A stretch of DNA of 64,000 nucleotides from Vicinamibacterales bacterium (GTDB lineage: Bacteria > Acidobacteriota > Vicinamibacteria > Vicinamibacterales > UBA2999), in assembly GCA_036005125.1 (NCBI GenBank), contig DASYQV010000020.1, positions 8,492 to 72,491 on the forward strand, read 5' to 3'. Each line of letters begins with the position of its first letter. Position 1 is the stretch's first letter. The translations under genes and the position numbers were made by a program. This document shows positions 61,566-64,000 of this stretch, one piece after another. The notes under the pieces are model-generated. The model ran no database searches and had not been told where the DNA came from. It saw only the letters and a program-made list of their open reading frames with translations.

Positions 61566-62747
61566 TCATGACAGCGTGACGACCTCGCGCTGGCGGGGGC
61601 CGGTCACCGTCGCGTCCCGCTCACCGCGAAACATATTGATCTCCGACCTGACGCCGAACGTGTCGAAATACAGCCCCGGTTCAATCGTGAAACCAGTACC
61701 CGGCAGAATGCGCCTGTCGTCGTGGGTCTCGTAATCGTCGAGATGTACGCCGTCACCGTGGACCGACTCGCCAAGGCTGTGTCCGGTGCGGTGAAGGATG
61801 TGGTCTCCGAAGCCGGCCTCGTGAAGCACGGCTCGCGCTGCGCGGTCGACTTCCCATCCGCGCACATCCCGGCCGCTGCGGGCCGCCTCTTCAACGAGCG
61901 TCACCGCGGTGTCCCGGGCCCGCGCAACCGCCGCAAACGCGCGCGCACACAGGTCCGGTACCTGCGATCCGGTATAGCCGACCCACGTGATGTCAGCAAA
62001 CACCGCGCCCGGCTCGGTACGCTTGCCCCAGAGGTCCAGCAGGACGATTTGATCGCTGGCGATCGGCTGTGACTGCCGGGCTGCAGGGAGGTAGTGAGGG
62101 TTGCCCGCGTTTGCGCCCACCGAGACCTGCGGTGCGGAGTCGCTGACGAGCCCCTCGTCCTCGAACCATCCGACCATCCGTTGCTGGACGTCGTACTCCG
62201 TCGTTTGCGTACCGTCGCGAAGACACCGTGCTACCGTATCGAACGCGCGATCCTTGATCCGATAGAGCGCGTCCGACGCGGCCTGGTGCGAGGCAAGCTG
62301 AGTCGGCGTCCACGTGGCTTCGAACTGCTGCACGAGGTCGCCTGACGATCGGATCTCGACGCCGCGCGAGCGAACGGCCTCGGCGGTTCCGGCGTCGACG
62401 CGCGACAGGTACGGTATCGCGCACGACGGCGAGTACTCCATGGCCACTTGACGGGTGCCCCGCAACAGCGCGGTCAGGCCGGCGTCGAGCTGCTCGCGAC
62501 CGGCGTACACGATCTTCTCGCCCGGAAGCCGGTCCAGATTATGCCGCTCGATGGCGTGGACGAGCGCACGCGGTTCGCCCTGGGCGGGAATCAGATAGTA
62601 CCAGCGCCGCGTGGCCATGTGCGCGCCGTTGGTCTGTCCCGCGAGCCGTGCAGCGATAGGGTTGGAGCCGTGGAAATCGTAAAGCAGCCAGCCGTCGAGG
62701 CCATCGACCCGGAGCGCCTTCTGGATGGCGGCCACGTCAAGCGCCAT
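61566..62747 (-). CDS. M24 family metallopeptidase (Xaa-Pro aminopeptidase/dipeptidase-like)
   Basis: 393 aa with a creatinase-like N-domain and pita-bread C-domain motifs DLWG, HRTGHSLG and EPGLY. Confidence 0.85.
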   Translation of the reverse strand: MALDVAAIQKALRVDGLDGWLLYDFHGSNPIAARLAGQTNGAHMATRRWYYLIPAQGEPRALVHAIERHNLDRLPGEKIVYAGREQLDAGLTALLRGTRQVAMEYSPSCAIPYLSRVDAGTAEAVRSRGVEIRSSGDLVQQFEATWTPTQLASHQAASDALYRIKDRAFDTVARCLRDGTQTTEYDVQQRMVGWFEDEGLVSDSAPQVSVGANAGNPHYLPAARQSQPIASDQIVLLDLWGKRTEPGAVFADITWVGYTGSQVPDLCARAFAAVARARDTAVTLVEEAARSGRDVRGWEVDRAARAVLHEAGFGDHILHRTGHSLGESVHGDGVHLDDYETHDDRRILPGTGFTIEPGLYFDTFGVRSEINMFRGERDATVTGPRQREVVTLS

Positions 62748-62892
62748 AAGTAATCAGTATATAGACGGCATGCTGGTCCTTACGAGATTTTATGGTGTGC
62801 TGCCACGGATGACTCGCGGCCGGACGTCACGCCCTGGTACAGCCCTTGAGTGGTTGGACGGGCCGCGCCGGCGAAGTCGGCCACCACCCATA

Positions 62893-63309
62893 ATGCATGA
62901 ATTCTTCGATCATACCGGGGACATCGGCGTCCGGATCCGGGCGGCGGACCCGCCGGCCCTGTTCGAAGCTGCCGCCGTGGCGATGACCGATGCCATGACC
63001 TCGGCCACGGTCGAGCCGCGACAGACCGACCAGATCGCATTGGAGGCGACCGATCTCGATCTCCTGCTGGTCGACTGGCTGAGCGAGCTGCTGTATCGGT
63101 TCGAGACCCGCGCCTTCCTCGTGGCGCGGGCGCATGTCGACCTCGCGCTCGCAGATGGATCGCACCAGCTTCGCGCCCGTATCGAAGGCGAGCCGTTCGA
63201 CGCCCGGCGTCACCCGCTGAAGGTGCTCTTGAAGGCGGTTACGTATCACGCGCTCGATATCAGGCAGCACGCCGAGGGATGGACGGCGACAGTGATTTTC
63301 GACATCTGA
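62893..63309 (+). CDS. archease (RtcB activator)
   Basis: The ATG at 62893 gives MHEFFDHTGDIGVRI.... About 138 aa, ending ...KAVTYHALDI...ATVIFDI. It lies directly upstream of rtcB. Confidence 0.8.
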   Translation: MHEFFDHTGDIGVRIRAADPPALFEAAAVAMTDAMTSATVEPRQTDQIALEATDLDLLLVDWLSELLYRFETRAFLVARAHVDLALADGSHQLRARIEGEPFDARRHPLKVLLKAVTYHALDIRQHAEGWTATVIFDI

Positions 63310-63318
63310 GCAACGACC

Positions 63319-64000
63319 ATGGAGCTCCAGCAGATTGACGACTACCGATGGCGCATCCCGCGACACGGCGGCATGCTCGTGGACGGGATCGTGTATGCCG
63401 ATGCGCTGCTGATGGAAGAGATCCGCAGCGACCCGTGCCTGCAGCAGGTCGCCAATGTGGCCCATCTTCCCGGCATCGTGTCCGCTGCTCTCGCCATGCC
63501 GGACATTCACTGGGGATACGGGTTTCCGATCGGCGGCGTCGCCGCCACCGACGCCGAGGACGGCGTCATCTCGCCGGGCGGTGTCGGGTACGACATCAAT
63601 TGCGGCGTCCGGTTGTTGCGCTCGGATCTGACGCGCGCGGAGGTCACGCCCCGCCTCAAACAGATCGTCGCGCAGATGTACAACCGCGTCCCGACCGGTG
63701 TCGGCGCGCATCGCAGCGATCTGAGGCTCACGCACCAGGACCTCCGCGGCGTCCTCGAGGATGGTGCCGGCTGGGCAATCCGGAAGGGCTTCGGCCGACA
63801 GGACGATCTCGAACGCATCGAGGAGCGGGGACGGCTGCCCGGCGCGGACCCCGGCCTCGTGTCCGAGCGCGCGTTCGAGCGTGGGCACGCTCAGCTTGGA
63901 ACGCTCGGATCCGGGAACCATTTCGCCGAGCTGCAGTACGTCGCCGAGATCTATGACGAGCGGGCGGCCGCTGCCTTCGGGCTGTTCCAGGATCACGTCA
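63319..64000 (+). CDS. rtcB: RNA 3'-phosphate ligase RtcB (5' part; runs off window)
   Basis: The ATG at 63319 gives MELQQIDDYRWRIPRHGGM...LPGIVSAALAMPDIHWGYGFPIGGVAATD.... The frame is open to position 64000. Confidence 0.9.
   Translation, partial: MELQQIDDYRWRIPRHGGMLVDGIVYADALLMEEIRSDPCLQQVANVAHLPGIVSAALAMPDIHWGYGFPIGGVAATDAEDGVISPGGVGYDINCGVRLLRSDLTRAEVTPRLKQIVAQMYNRVPTGVGAHRSDLRLTHQDLRGVLEDGAGWAIRKGFGRQDDLERIEERGRLPGADPGLVSERAFERGHAQLGTLGSGNHFAELQYVAEIYDERAAAAFGLFQDHV

Overview
GC-rich bacterial chromosomal segment. Gene order and the pilin type suggest an Acidobacteriota-like lineage, but that is inference only. I support 54 protein genes and found no rRNA, tRNA, CRISPR array, transposase, integrase or recognisable defence system. 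Positions 1-23 kb hold an efflux adaptor fragment and a near-complete sigma54-controlled type IVa pilus locus. Its order is OM barrel, pilB, pilT, pilC, pilS, pilR, two tandem pilins, VKOR-DsbA oxidase, ABC transporter, TPR-like protein, pilD. A second histidine kinase and a second sigma54 activator then bracket a PilV/PilW/PilX-like minor-pilin operon. Positions 23-41 kb are housekeeping genes (aroB, nadB, proS, tatAC, S41 protease, smc, M48 peptidase, GDPD, PQQ propeller, cupredoxin). Positions 41-62 kb lie on the minus strand. They carry the rimO / rimP-nusA-infB-DUF503-rbfA-nrnA-truB-rpsO-pnp block, then asnS, a sugar kinase / nucleotidyltransferase / CYTH cluster, a MidA methyltransferase, htrA and an M24 peptidase. 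Archease and rtcB close the window. The most unusual content is non-coding. Almost every spacer holds one of two element types. The first is a long hairpin whose arms are tandem arrays of a short (mostly 7-nt) word, with the word changing from locus to locus. The second is a GTAG-headed REP element built from two distinct hairpin subtypes. Other structures worth checking are a tandem 136-bp structured repeat after the pilins, a 26-bp hairpin plus a 3x30-bp array just upstream of rbfA, a TGATCA-rich inverted repeat, and a PilW-like protein with no prepilin leader. I cannot name a clear-cut new protein system. The word-hairpin phenomenon is the best candidate for something undescribed.
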